The position numbers and the translations under genes were made by a program. Under the pieces are notes generated by a model, which saw nothing but the letters and a program-made list of their open reading frames with translations, was not told the origin of the DNA and ran no database searches. From positions 1 through 57,076 of IMG/VR virus record IMGVR_UViG_3300037225_000975: a DNA stretch of 57,076 nucleotides; one strand, given 5' to 3'. Shown in pieces: positions 19,479 to 28,437 of the stretch (position 1 is the first letter of the stretch; the number at the start of each line of letters is the position of its first letter). The stretch comes from a virus (taxonomy: Duplodnaviria > Caudoviricetes).

Positions 19479-20452
19479 GGCGCCACTCCTCTCGCCCATA
19501 GAGGAGCATCCACGACTGCCAGAGGAGCCCCCAGTTTCCTAGCACAGGCGAGGAGCTTCTCGCACCACCAGCCATCATCTGGGTCTTTGACACGCTCCAA
19601 AACTGAATAGACTTCGCTGAAGTCTCCGTTCCTGAATTCATTCTCTCGATCACGCACCCACTCAGGCACTCCTTCCTCAAAAAAGGATTTTGCGCACGCA
19701 ACGGACGGTTCTGGTACCGCGACTGCTAGCTTCAGCATCGCCGGCAGAGCGACGATCTGTGTCGCTTTCTCATAGTTCGAGTCGTAAAGGTGCATGGAAC
19801 CAACGACATGGAGATACTTGCCCAGTCGAAGATCGAGAGCCGCCGCCATCAACGCCTGGATCTGGCAGAAGCAGTGCACGTCATATGGAGTTCCCAACCA
19901 TGCATCGTTCGACCGCATCGACGTCTGGAGATGCAGACGACCATCCCTGGCCAGAAACTGCAGCGTGAGCGTGCATGGCAAATCCTTCCACTCTCCACGC
20001 TCCGCCTCGACCACGTCACCGGAATCGAACAGGGCCACCACCGCTCGACGATCCTCTCGCTTCTTCAGCAAGACGTCCAAAGCGACGCGAAGCGAGGAGC
20101 GGCCTCCTCCCTTCGCCGCGATACCTGGATTGGAACGCATCCGCTTGCCGTAAGCTCCCATGGCCTCGCCATCGTTGCAAAAACCAGCGTACTTACTTGA
20201 ATAGGCGGACATCATCTCGCTGTCTGATTTTCCCATCAGATACCAGAGCAACTCTGCCGACGCATAACCGGCGGACCATTTCCTCCGATCATCGGCGATG
20301 GCACAATACTGAGGGTTCGACAAACCACCGGCCCAACCGACGATCTCTCGACAACCACCGTTGCGGCTCGGCGTCTCTGACCCTTCTGCGAGATCTGCGA
20401 GCAGATCCGACCACATGCAGTCGAGGTTTGAGTGAGTTGCGATCTGGCTCAT
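19475..20452 (-). CDS. Thymidylate synthase homologue, dCMP-type (dCMP hydroxymethylase/methylase-like)
   Basis: AELLWYL, GAYG.R, RRAV, PC(160), MRSNDAWLGTPYD(191), GSMHLY. Confidence 0.85.
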   Translation of the reverse strand: MSQIATHSNLDCMWSDLLADLAEGSETPSRNGGCREIVGWAGGLSNPQYCAIADDRRKWSAGYASAELLWYLMGKSDSEMMSAYSSKYAGFCNDGEAMGAYGKRMRSNPGIAAKGGGRSSLRVALDVLLKKREDRRAVVALFDSGDVVEAERGEWKDLPCTLTLQFLARDGRLHLQTSMRSNDAWLGTPYDVHCFCQIQALMAAALDLRLGKYLHVVGSMHLYDSNYEKATQIVALPAMLKLAVAVPEPSVACAKSFFEEGVPEWVRDRENEFRNGDFSEVYSVLERVKDPDDGWWCEKLLACARKLGAPLAVVDAPLWARGVAP

Positions 20453-20474
20453 GCGCGGTTCTCCTGGAATGTGA

Positions 20475-20960
20475 TCATGAGATGGTGACTCTGACAAGCT
20501 CGACACCGCACATCTTGGCGAGAGATCTGACGATCCACTCACCCCTGACTGTTAATGACGGATATTTCTCGACATCATAAACGACCCGCTTGATGCCGCA
20601 CGCGCAGATTACGTCGCGCATGCAGGCAGGACATGGCAGGTGAGTGCAATACAAGGACGCGTCTGGCAATGACACGCCTGCCAGCATCGCCTTGCGAGTG
20701 GCGTTCTTCTCGGCATGAACCACCAGGTCATACTTGGTTAGAAGATCTTCCATCTCGATCTTTCGGGTCCACCATTCCTCTCGATCTTCCACGCCATGAG
20801 GGAAACCATTGTAACCCAGGAACAGACCGCCGGTCACCGGATCGTGAATGCAGGCTCCAACCTTGCTGGACGGATCTTTCGATCGAGACTGGGCCCAGGC
20901 CGTGGTCGTGAGCATGATGCTCTCGTCCATGCGGAATTTGGATGTGAGTGTCTTGGTCAT
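20475..20960 (-). CDS. dCMP deaminase
   Basis: SKDPSSKVGA, GYNGFP, HAEKNA, PCPAC. Confidence 0.9.
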   Translation of the reverse strand: MTKTLTSKFRMDESIMLTTTAWAQSRSKDPSSKVGACIHDPVTGGLFLGYNGFPHGVEDREEWWTRKIEMEDLLTKYDLVVHAEKNATRKAMLAGVSLPDASLYCTHLPCPACMRDVICACGIKRVVYDVEKYPSLTVRGEWIVRSLAKMCGVELVRVTIS

Positions 20961-22027
20961 GATAGGAAGTCGCAGATGGTGGATCCGATCGGGGAAGCAA
21001 GTTTCCGATTCGATCGTATCGCCGAGGCGGCCACGCCACCGATCCATCGTGCCGCTGGAGGGAGAACGGCCTTGGCGATCTGGGCGTACTTGTCATTGAC
21101 GCCACCAACGAACTCGTAGTCATGCGGATAACCGCACATCACCTGCTGCTCTTTCACCGTTAGCGGTCTATGGTGTGTCGGGTGGAAGAACTGAGGACCG
21201 CCGGTGATCGTGGGCGACAGCTCGTCCATCTGCAATCTGATGTTGAGAAAGCCAGGCCTGCCAGCCACCATGCCATGCGCGTTCCTCTCGTATTCCTTCC
21301 CAGCGTTCAACCGCTCGAAGGTCTCGTTGAGAGACGTTTCTCCAGGTTTCATGGCTTTGAGGATTCTCAGGTAGTTATCGCTCGGCACGGCGCCTTCCTG
21401 GGACGAACCTGCCGGGATCGAGGCCAAGGCTTCGCGCACCGTGACGATACCTCCTCCAGGAGGTCCCTCGACATCAACCTTCACCTTTGATGCCAGGAAG
21501 AAGAACCGCTTGCGACGCTGCGGCAACCCGCAATCTGCGCCGTTGAACGTGATCAACCAGGCATGATATCCGAGTTTGTTCACCTGCTCGACTCTCTGCT
21601 GGACGAACGCCGCGCCGTTCTTCATGGCGGCGGCGACCGACTCCCAAAGAAAGATTTTGGGGCGTAACTTCTCCAAAAGAGCGAAGAGGCGAACGGTGCA
21701 ATCGGTCCGACCGTCTTTCGACCACCTGGCTTCGTTCCGGTCTTCCTTGTCTCTCACCTTCACGCCGGCTTGAGACCATGACGCGCATGGCGGATTGCCG
21801 TAGAGCAGGTCGAACTGGTCTCTCGCGTAATCGGTAACCGGTCCCCAGTTGCTTTCCGGATAGAGGACGCCCAAGTCGGGCATGTTTTTCTTGGCAGTCT
21901 CCACGCCGAACGGTCCCTCCTCGAGATGGGCGAGCACCTTGAAGTGCTCCCTGATCCCGAGCGTGAACCCGCCAGCGTAGATGTGGCAACCGATGGCGGT
22001 CGGTTTTGGTTTTCTGGTGATGAGCAT
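20957..22027 (-). CDS. C5-cytosine DNA methyltransferase homologue with altered cofactor motifs (candidate carboxymethyltransferase)
   Basis: Motif IV GNPPC(81), VI E(129)SV, VIII PQRRKRFF, IX RPLTVKE...GYP, X YAQIAK(319)AV; motif I is HIYAGGF. Confidence 0.85.
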   Translation of the reverse strand: MLITRKPKPTAIGCHIYAGGFTLGIREHFKVLAHLEEGPFGVETAKKNMPDLGVLYPESNWGPVTDYARDQFDLLYGNPPCASWSQAGVKVRDKEDRNEARWSKDGRTDCTVRLFALLEKLRPKIFLWESVAAAMKNGAAFVQQRVEQVNKLGYHAWLITFNGADCGLPQRRKRFFFLASKVKVDVEGPPGGGIVTVREALASIPAGSSQEGAVPSDNYLRILKAMKPGETSLNETFERLNAGKEYERNAHGMVAGRPGFLNIRLQMDELSPTITGGPQFFHPTHHRPLTVKEQQVMCGYPHDYEFVGGVNDKYAQIAKAVLPPAARWIGGVAASAIRSNRKLASPIGSTICDFLS

Positions 22028-22028
22028 A

Positions 22029-22547
22029 TCAGTAGCCGAACCAGTCCTTGAGCAGGCCGGAGATGTCCGGTGGCGAGTAGTCAGCTCCCTTGCCCTTGTC
22101 TCCCTGATGAGAGGCGGCGGCCTTGTGCTTGGTCATGTTCGACCTGTGCACCTCCCAAAAAGCCGCGTCGAGAGGCACGTCAAGCTGGGTGGCCGTTCCC
22201 GCGGTCACGTAGAGCAGATCGGCCAGACCGTCGAGCAGCTCTACCTCGTCCAGCTCGTGCATCGCCATCACCACCTCGCCGAGCTCCTCGATCATGAGCT
22301 CTGCCCGGAGATATCTCTGATCCTTGGTGACCTTGAACACCTCCTTCAGATGAGAACTGATGTCCTTCAGATGAGATGCTGCTTTGCAGAGATCGAGTCG
22401 ATGGTTCTTGTCGAACGTCATCAACCTTGCTGGCGGCGGAGCACCAACTTTTTTCTGAAATTCAAGGACGGCCTGTTCGACCCTTCCTCGTTGGGGGATT
22501 CCATTTCTGTTGTTGGCTTGCTCTCTCGTTTCTTCTCCGTCTTCCAT
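22029..22547 (-). CDS. MazG-like all-alpha NTP pyrophosphohydrolase
   Basis: EELGE...DGLADLLYV...EVHRSNMTK; AGGAG SD at 22547. Confidence 0.85.
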   Translation of the reverse strand: MEDGEETREQANNRNGIPQRGRVEQAVLEFQKKVGAPPPARLMTFDKNHRLDLCKAASHLKDISSHLKEVFKVTKDQRYLRAELMIEELGEVVMAMHELDEVELLDGLADLLYVTAGTATQLDVPLDAAFWEVHRSNMTKHKAAASHQGDKGKGADYSPPDISGLLKDWFGY

Positions 22548-24622
22548 GACTGGTCTCCTGATTTTGCGCGCATCCAAAGATCTTGGATTCGCTGGTTGAT
22601 GATGTATTCCACGACCGGTCTGCCGACCTTGCTCGATTTCTTCCTGGGTGTCAAGATGCCGAACAGGGTGAGGTCGTCGAACTTGCGATAGATGGTTGCC
22701 GAGTTGACCTTCATCGCCTCCACTATGGCGCCTCGTTCTGCAGTTCCGCCAAGCTTCATCATCGCCTCGATGATGTCGATGTTGAACCCGTGAGCGGTGT
22801 CCATCGCCACTCTCTCGATGATCCCGTAGACCTCGGCATCCACTGACTTCTTGTCGAGAACGTGCGCGATGGAGAGACCGAGCTTCATGAGCTGCTTGGC
22901 CAGGCGAGTGCCATTCTCCGCGATAGGCCTGTAAACGACCACGTCGTCACGATACTTCTCTCGTTCCACCTGGGCTCTCATGGCTGCCACGAGTTGCACG
23001 AGAGCGGTGAGCCGTTGAGCATAGATTGGAGGCAGATCAGGCAACGTGTCAGGGTCGAGACGCCTGATTAGAAACCTGGAGACCATGAGCTTGGTCTCGG
23101 TCTCCATCTTCTTCTCGATGCCGACCATGCGAATAGCAGACTCGATGATGCTGTCAGCTTGCGCTCCCTCGAGCTTCGATATTTGCAACTTCAAGAACCG
23201 CTCGCCGAGCAGAGCTTGTCTGTTACCATGGATCGCCGATGTCACGCCGGCCAGGAGAGAGAAGTGGCAGTCCAGATACTCCCTGGTGATGCCGTTGCCG
23301 AACGTCTTCTGCACGTAGCCATCGTAGGCGCCGCGAAGAGTCGAGAACACCTCCTCCTGGGCGACGACCGGCATCGAGAGAATCTCGGTGAAATCCTTCG
23401 CCACCAGGGTCTTTCCCTTCAGACGAGGAATCAAGCTTGGATCCTTGGCGGATCCTGCGTCGCCTCTCCATCCAGAGATCAGGCAGTGAGGAGTCACCGA
23501 CGACCTGAACACGGCTCTTTTCGTTTCTGATAGCGCGCTCAGCAGCATCGTCTTGCCTGCTCCGGGAGGTCCGACCAGGTACATCCACACCGGATCACCA
23601 GGAATCTCGTTGGAGCTGATCACCGCCAGCGAGCACATGAGAGCGAGTTCGAGATCGTCGGTCATCACCACGTGCTTCTTGAACGTCTCGACGACTTCCT
23701 GAAACGTGGCCGGTTCGAGCGGCTCTCCGTTGGCATCTATCTCGCGCGGATCCTCCTCGTCGGTTGTTCTCTTGTCCTCGTCATGGTGTCTCGGTTTGTC
23801 GGAGAGCAATCCCATGATCGACTTGAACGTCATCGACGGACCGGCGCTCTTCATGCCGTCGACGATGTGATCTCTGATGTCCCAACCGGTCGGGCGCCCG
23901 ACAGGCCATGAGACATGCTTGACAGCTCTCGCCACTCCTGCGAGATTTCTGATGGCTCGGTCAGTGCCCATGTCGCCGGCGTTGTCGGCATCATAGCACG
24001 TGATGACTTGCTTGTTGCGGAACAGGTCGGCCCAGTGGCTCTTGAACACGGCGGCTCCAGGCACCGCCACCACCACGTCATCATCGACCTCCATCTCCTT
24101 CAGCAACCACATCATCGCGATAGCATCCCATTCGCCCTCGCACAGCCACACCCTGGTTCCCTCAGGAGCCTCCGCGAGCTTGTCTCCCATCCACAGCTGC
24201 ACCTTGCAACCGGCCGTGCTCATCATCATCTTGGTCTCTGGATCGTAACGTCTCACGTCATGGATCACTCCCCTGGGACTGGCGCACGGCACGAGCCAGT
24301 GGAAACCGTCATATCCCAGACCGGCTTCCTTCAAGACGCTGATCGGTAGGTGGCGGTGCTGAGAGAGCTCTGTCCACTGCTTCTTCGTCGCTCGGTCGGA
24401 ATTCATCTTGCAGATGGCGGTTAGGAACGAGATATGGTTCCCGCTTGCTCCGCACACCTTGCAATCCCAGACCGTCTTGTCGACATCGCAAAAGAAGTGC
24501 CTCTCCTTCCCGCACAGAGGACAGTCACCAACCCAGTTTCCAGAGCCGTTGGGAGCTCTCATGGCCGCTCCCCAGAAGTTGAGGGTGCGGATGATGTCCG
24601 GAGATTTCTCGGCTTCGCTCAC
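22421..24622 (-). CDS. Primase (Zn finger + TOPRIM) fused to AAA+ (MCM-like) ATPase and winged helix
   Basis: CPLC/CKVC; EGEWD and DAD; GPPGAGKT, KDF, ERF; C-terminal HTH; GTGA overlap with the polymerase gene. Confidence 0.8.
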   Translation of the reverse strand: MSEAEKSPDIIRTLNFWGAAMRAPNGSGNWVGDCPLCGKERHFFCDVDKTVWDCKVCGASGNHISFLTAICKMNSDRATKKQWTELSQHRHLPISVLKEAGLGYDGFHWLVPCASPRGVIHDVRRYDPETKMMMSTAGCKVQLWMGDKLAEAPEGTRVWLCEGEWDAIAMMWLLKEMEVDDDVVVAVPGAAVFKSHWADLFRNKQVITCYDADNAGDMGTDRAIRNLAGVARAVKHVSWPVGRPTGWDIRDHIVDGMKSAGPSMTFKSIMGLLSDKPRHHDEDKRTTDEEDPREIDANGEPLEPATFQEVVETFKKHVVMTDDLELALMCSLAVISSNEIPGDPVWMYLVGPPGAGKTMLLSALSETKRAVFRSSVTPHCLISGWRGDAGSAKDPSLIPRLKGKTLVAKDFTEILSMPVVAQEEVFSTLRGAYDGYVQKTFGNGITREYLDCHFSLLAGVTSAIHGNRQALLGERFLKLQISKLEGAQADSIIESAIRMVGIEKKMETETKLMVSRFLIRRLDPDTLPDLPPIYAQRLTALVQLVAAMRAQVEREKYRDDVVVYRPIAENGTRLAKQLMKLGLSIAHVLDKKSVDAEVYGIIERVAMDTAHGFNIDIIEAMMKLGGTAERGAIVEAMKVNSATIYRKFDDLTLFGILTPRKKSSKVGRPVVEYIINQRIQDLWMRAKSGDQSWKTEKKRESKPTTEMESPNEEGSNRPSLNFRKKLVLRRQQG

Positions 24623-26724
24623 GCCGTCACCGTCACGTCGGTCGTTTGCGACCATCTCTCAGTCGCTATCTTGAAACCAACCGGGAACGGGATCGGCGAA
24701 CCGAGCTTCATCGCGTCATCTCCCATGATCCTCACCGTATCCTGCTTGAGTTCTTTGCAGTCGATTTCCTTGTCGACCTCGATGATCAGCTCATCGTGGA
24801 TCTGGAGCAAGATCCTAGCCTGATCACGCCACTTGGTTATATAGCACTCGTCGAGACCGATCATCGCGTTCTTCATGACCTCTGCTGCTGTTCCCTGGAC
24901 GAGGTAATTGGTGGCGCGATATTCATAGCCCGGATCGATGCTGTAAACTCTGCCGAATGGATTGACAACGACTCCTTGATGTTTTGCGAGACCGACACTC
25001 TCGCCCATGAACTTGCGCACGCCGGGTAGTCTTTCATCATAATCGGAGATGAATTGTTTGGCTTCTTCCAAAGAAGTGCCAGTCATCTGGGCGATCTTTC
25101 CCGGCCCGCCACCATAGATCTTGCAAAACTGAAGATTTTTCGCGCGCTTGCGACCGATCTTGTATCGTTTCAGATTAGAGAGTTCTTCTTTAGAAAGAGA
25201 CGACTGGTCTTTCTTTGCAGAGATTTTCGCCAGTTTCTTGTCGTACGTGTGTCCCCAGATCAGGTCAGCGACGTTCTGATGGGCGTCTCCTCCAGCTACC
25301 AACGCGTTGATGAGCTCTTTGTCCTTCGCGAGCAAGGCCAGAATCCACACCTCGATTTGCGAGTAATCAGGCACGTAAAATAACGTGCCAGGTCGAGGAA
25401 CGAACACCTCTCTGGGACGATAGGGAACGTCGACTTTCTTCTTGCCTGATTCGTCGCTCGCCACGTTCTGAAGGTTAGGTCTCTCGGCGCTCATGCGCGC
25501 GGTCCTGGTGCCGGCTTGCTTGTAGTTTGGGTGAATGATCTTGCAACCGGTATCTAGTTCGAGCACGGACAGTGCCGCGTATTGCTCCGTGAAGTGCAGC
25601 ATCGTCGAGGCGGCTGAGTGGTGCAGAATGTGCCAGGCCAAAGGGTCGCCCATCACGAGCTTTTCAGAGCCATCAGCCTGATGCTCTCGCTTGACGCCAA
25701 TGTGCTCCAGGAACTCACCATCGCATTTCGGGTTCTGGCCAGTGTCCTGGCACACCAGGCAACCTGACCCCTTGCAATGCTGGCAGGCCACCGGCGCGTT
25801 GCCCTTCTTCTTGTTCTTGGAGTACCTGATCGGCGCGTGCTCTCGCACGCCGAAAAACTCCATCGTCATCTGCTTCGGCGAGGCGACGTTCAGGTCCTTG
25901 CCGCCAGCGAGATCGATGCCTTTCTTCGCTCTGTTGGCGATGGATCGATAGAATCCGGTCAGCTCGTCGTTTCTCTTCGAGTCGATGGCGACGCCGAGGC
26001 ACTCCATGCGCTCCAAGGTGGCCATGAGAGCCATCTCTCGGTCGTAAACTTCCTGGGCATCAGGATGGTTCTTGAAATGCTCGATGTGAGCTGCTCTAAG
26101 AGTCGCCACTCTCACGGCATCCGTGACTCCATACTTCTTCAGTACCTCGTGATCGGCGAGCCAGTAGTCAGCCTTGAGCTCCTCGGCTATGGCCCAACCT
26201 CTCTTCTTAGCCAATCTCCTGGCCGAGATGGTGGACTTCTGCAGATCGGTCTCGTCATCGATCGGAATGTCGAGGTACTTCTTGCACAGCGGCTTGAGAG
26301 CGTACGTTATCTCGTCCGAGGAGATGACCGAGGTACCGATGATGGTGCACAGCCACTCGCCGACCAGCGGCAACCCGACGGCCCTGGTCATGTGGCGATC
26401 GAATGGCGCATTGTGAGCGACTTTCGCGATCTTCTCGTTGACAAGGATCGGCTCCAAGGCCTTTCTCACGTCATCGGTCATGCTCACTTGCCTGGTCTGA
26501 GCACAAACCGGCAATCTAGCCCAAGCTGTTCTCCCATCGGGGTCGCAGAAAGTGAAGAAGAACGGTCGAGCTGGCCAGGTCTGTCTGTCGACGCCACGCT
26601 TTCCCCAGGGATCGAGCCCCGTGGTTTCCGTGTCGTACCCGAGCCAGTCACCTCGCAGAAGATCCAGGCCTTCATGACCTGGCACTCCAACCCACTCCCG
26701 TCTCCTCAGAATGGTTAGGGGCAT
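24619..26724 (-). CDS. polA: Family A DNA polymerase with 3'-5' exonuclease
   Basis: DTETTG, HNAPFD, Y...DA; PNLQN, DYSQIE, R..AK...F...YG, IHDEL. Confidence 0.95.
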   Translation of the reverse strand: MPLTILRRREWVGVPGHEGLDLLRGDWLGYDTETTGLDPWGKRGVDRQTWPARPFFFTFCDPDGRTAWARLPVCAQTRQVSMTDDVRKALEPILVNEKIAKVAHNAPFDRHMTRAVGLPLVGEWLCTIIGTSVISSDEITYALKPLCKKYLDIPIDDETDLQKSTISARRLAKKRGWAIAEELKADYWLADHEVLKKYGVTDAVRVATLRAAHIEHFKNHPDAQEVYDREMALMATLERMECLGVAIDSKRNDELTGFYRSIANRAKKGIDLAGGKDLNVASPKQMTMEFFGVREHAPIRYSKNKKKGNAPVACQHCKGSGCLVCQDTGQNPKCDGEFLEHIGVKREHQADGSEKLVMGDPLAWHILHHSAASTMLHFTEQYAALSVLELDTGCKIIHPNYKQAGTRTARMSAERPNLQNVASDESGKKKVDVPYRPREVFVPRPGTLFYVPDYSQIEVWILALLAKDKELINALVAGGDAHQNVADLIWGHTYDKKLAKISAKKDQSSLSKEELSNLKRYKIGRKRAKNLQFCKIYGGGPGKIAQMTGTSLEEAKQFISDYDERLPGVRKFMGESVGLAKHQGVVVNPFGRVYSIDPGYEYRATNYLVQGTAAEVMKNAMIGLDECYITKWRDQARILLQIHDELIIEVDKEIDCKELKQDTVRIMGDDAMKLGSPIPFPVGFKIATERWSQTTDVTVTA

Positions 26725-26739
26725 TCTAGGATCCTGTAG

Positions 26740-26951
26740 ACCGAGCCTTCGTTAGGGGCGGCTCGGTGGTGCCTTGTAGAGATGGCTAGCCGATGCCCGA
26801 TGGGCGTCGCGGCGCGTCACTAGGACTGGCCGCCTTGGTGGCTAGGCGGCGTTGCATCCGCACCACTCGTTGACCCATGAGCTTGCGCTGGGGGCTTTTC
26901 GCGCTGCCAGGCGCCTCGGGGACTCAGCCCGTGGATTCCTCCCACCAACCC
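26740..26951 (-). ncRNA. Candidate structured RNA / leader upstream of the polymerase
   Basis: Nested stems GTGGTGC/GCACCAC, GCCGCCT/AGGCGGC, CCGAGCC/GGCTCGG; no credible ORF. Confidence 0.4.
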
Positions 26952-27206
26952 CTACTTGGTGGACGACTTCTTGAAAGCGAGCTTGATCTTCTCGGTCTTG
27001 ACGGGCTTCTTCGCGCCTGCCTTCTTCTCAACAGGCTTGCTGGAGGTCTGGATCGTCGTGGCTGAAGCCAGCTTGGCCTGGAGCCTGGCGATGATGACAC
27101 GGCGCTTCTCCACGCGAGCCTGGGTGAGCGCCAGATACCGCTCGCCGCTGACGAGCTTCTCCTGGTGGCGCTTGAGGTCGGACTTGATGTCATTCGTGTC
27201 GAGCAT
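26952..27206 (-). CDS. Small Lys-rich basic protein
   Basis: AGGAG SD; coiled coil followed by a Lys-rich tail. Confidence 0.65.
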   Translation of the reverse strand: MLDTNDIKSDLKRHQEKLVSGERYLALTQARVEKRRVIIARLQAKLASATTIQTSSKPVEKKAGAKKPVKTEKIKLAFKKSSTK

Positions 27207-27247
27207 GCTTGCTCTCCTGGGTTAGGGCGCTGGGCCCGGGTTGAAAG

Positions 27248-27332
27248 TGGAGAGAGGCCGGGTTCTCACCGGCCGCCGGTTTCGATCATCCGCGCGATGA
27301 TCACCGGCTCTTCTTAACACGAAGCTCTCGCC
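27248..27332 (-). ncRNA. tRNA-like cloverleaf element ending in CCA
   Basis: GAGAG/CTCTC, CTTC/GAAG, GCCGGT-GATCATC/GATGATC-ACCGGC, GCCGG-TGAGAAC-CCGGC, TCCA. Confidence 0.5.
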
Positions 27333-27377
27333 ATGGAAATGCCGCAGAGACTGCTGCGACGCCAGCTGGCAGACCAG

Positions 27378-28394
27378 TTACTCGAGCTCGAGATCGTCCG
27401 GGGTGACCTTGTGGATGGCACCATCCTTGGTCTTGACCTTCAGCTCTCCCTTCTTTTCGTCGATGGAGACGACCTTGGCGTCGACCTTCTTGCCCTTGAT
27501 GATGGCCTTGACCGACATGCCGATCTCGATCTCGACCGACTGCTCCGAGGCCTTGGGATCGGGTTCGGTTCCACCTGCCTTCGATTCGCGATGCTCGCGG
27601 ATGGCGGCCCGCATCTCGTCCTCGGTGGTCGCCTTCTTCACCGCCAGCTCGATCTCCTCCTCCTCGATGATGTCCTTGAGCTCGCCGCGATCCTTCTCGT
27701 CGAGATCGTCCTTGGCCTTCTCCTCCTTCTCTTCCTTGCCAGGTTTCTCCGAGCGCTTTGTGCGGATGGCTTCGCGGATCGCATCATCGCTGACGGATTT
27801 CTTGATCGCGATCTCGACCTCCTCCTCCTCCACGACCGCCTTCAGGGCATCGCGATCCATGTCCTCGAGGTCGTCGGCCTTGGCATGGGCGCCTTTCTTG
27901 ATGCCGGCCTTGCCACCACCAGCGTCGGCGTCCGCGGCGGAACTGCCGCCGGAGTCGGAAGCTTCGACGTCGTCGAGCTTTTTGTCAATATAGACATTGA
28001 CATACTCACCCTTCTGCTTGGCGGTCAGGCGCACGACAGGCGTGTTCTCCTTGAGGTCGGCCATGATCTCGACGAGCATCTTCTCGTCGAGATCTCCAAC
28101 GTCATAACCGAGCATGGTGAGGGTGCGGAACAGGTGGACGATTCGTTCCTCGTCCAGACTGTACCAGACGCTGACGCGCCCGCCGGCCTGCTCGCTCTCA
28201 CCAGCGATCTTGCAATCGATGACGATCGAGTTGCCCTTATCGGTGGTGACGCCGCGAGCGCCCGTCACGATAGCCACGTGGCGACCTGGTGTGAGCTCCA
28301 CGTCGTCGGCGAATCCGCCATTGGGATTCGTCTTATAGGCCTCGCGGCCCTTCTCGAAAACGGATTTGGGTACTTTCAGACCGAGTCCTGACAT
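27378..28394 (-). CDS. SSB-like protein with two acidic helical repeats and a C-terminal SH3/KOW-like domain
   Basis: Follows the Sak4-like gene; N-terminal L.PGRH.A.V...Y.NVYI beta domain; DDL.E.DR..LK...EEEE.E....K......R.AIR twice. Confidence 0.6.
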   Translation of the reverse strand: MSGLGLKVPKSVFEKGREAYKTNPNGGFADDVELTPGRHVAIVTGARGVTTDKGNSIVIDCKIAGESEQAGGRVSVWYSLDEERIVHLFRTLTMLGYDVGDLDEKMLVEIMADLKENTPVVRLTAKQKGEYVNVYIDKKLDDVEASDSGGSSAADADAGGGKAGIKKGAHAKADDLEDMDRDALKAVVEEEEVEIAIKKSVSDDAIREAIRTKRSEKPGKEEKEEKAKDDLDEKDRGELKDIIEEEEIELAVKKATTEDEMRAAIREHRESKAGGTEPDPKASEQSVEIEIGMSVKAIIKGKKVDAKVVSIDEKKGELKVKTKDGAIHKVTPDDLELE

Positions 28395-28437
28395 GGTGTT
28401 CTCCTGGGAATGACGCTGACGCGTCGGGGTTGAGTTG

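Noticed and set aside
11813-22547. YuA/M6-type thymidine hypermodification or 7-deazaguanine pathway
   Set aside because: The TS homologue has Asp rather than Asn, and no 5-hmU DNA kinase, aGPT-Pplase, glycosyltransferase, TET, dpdA or que genes were recognised
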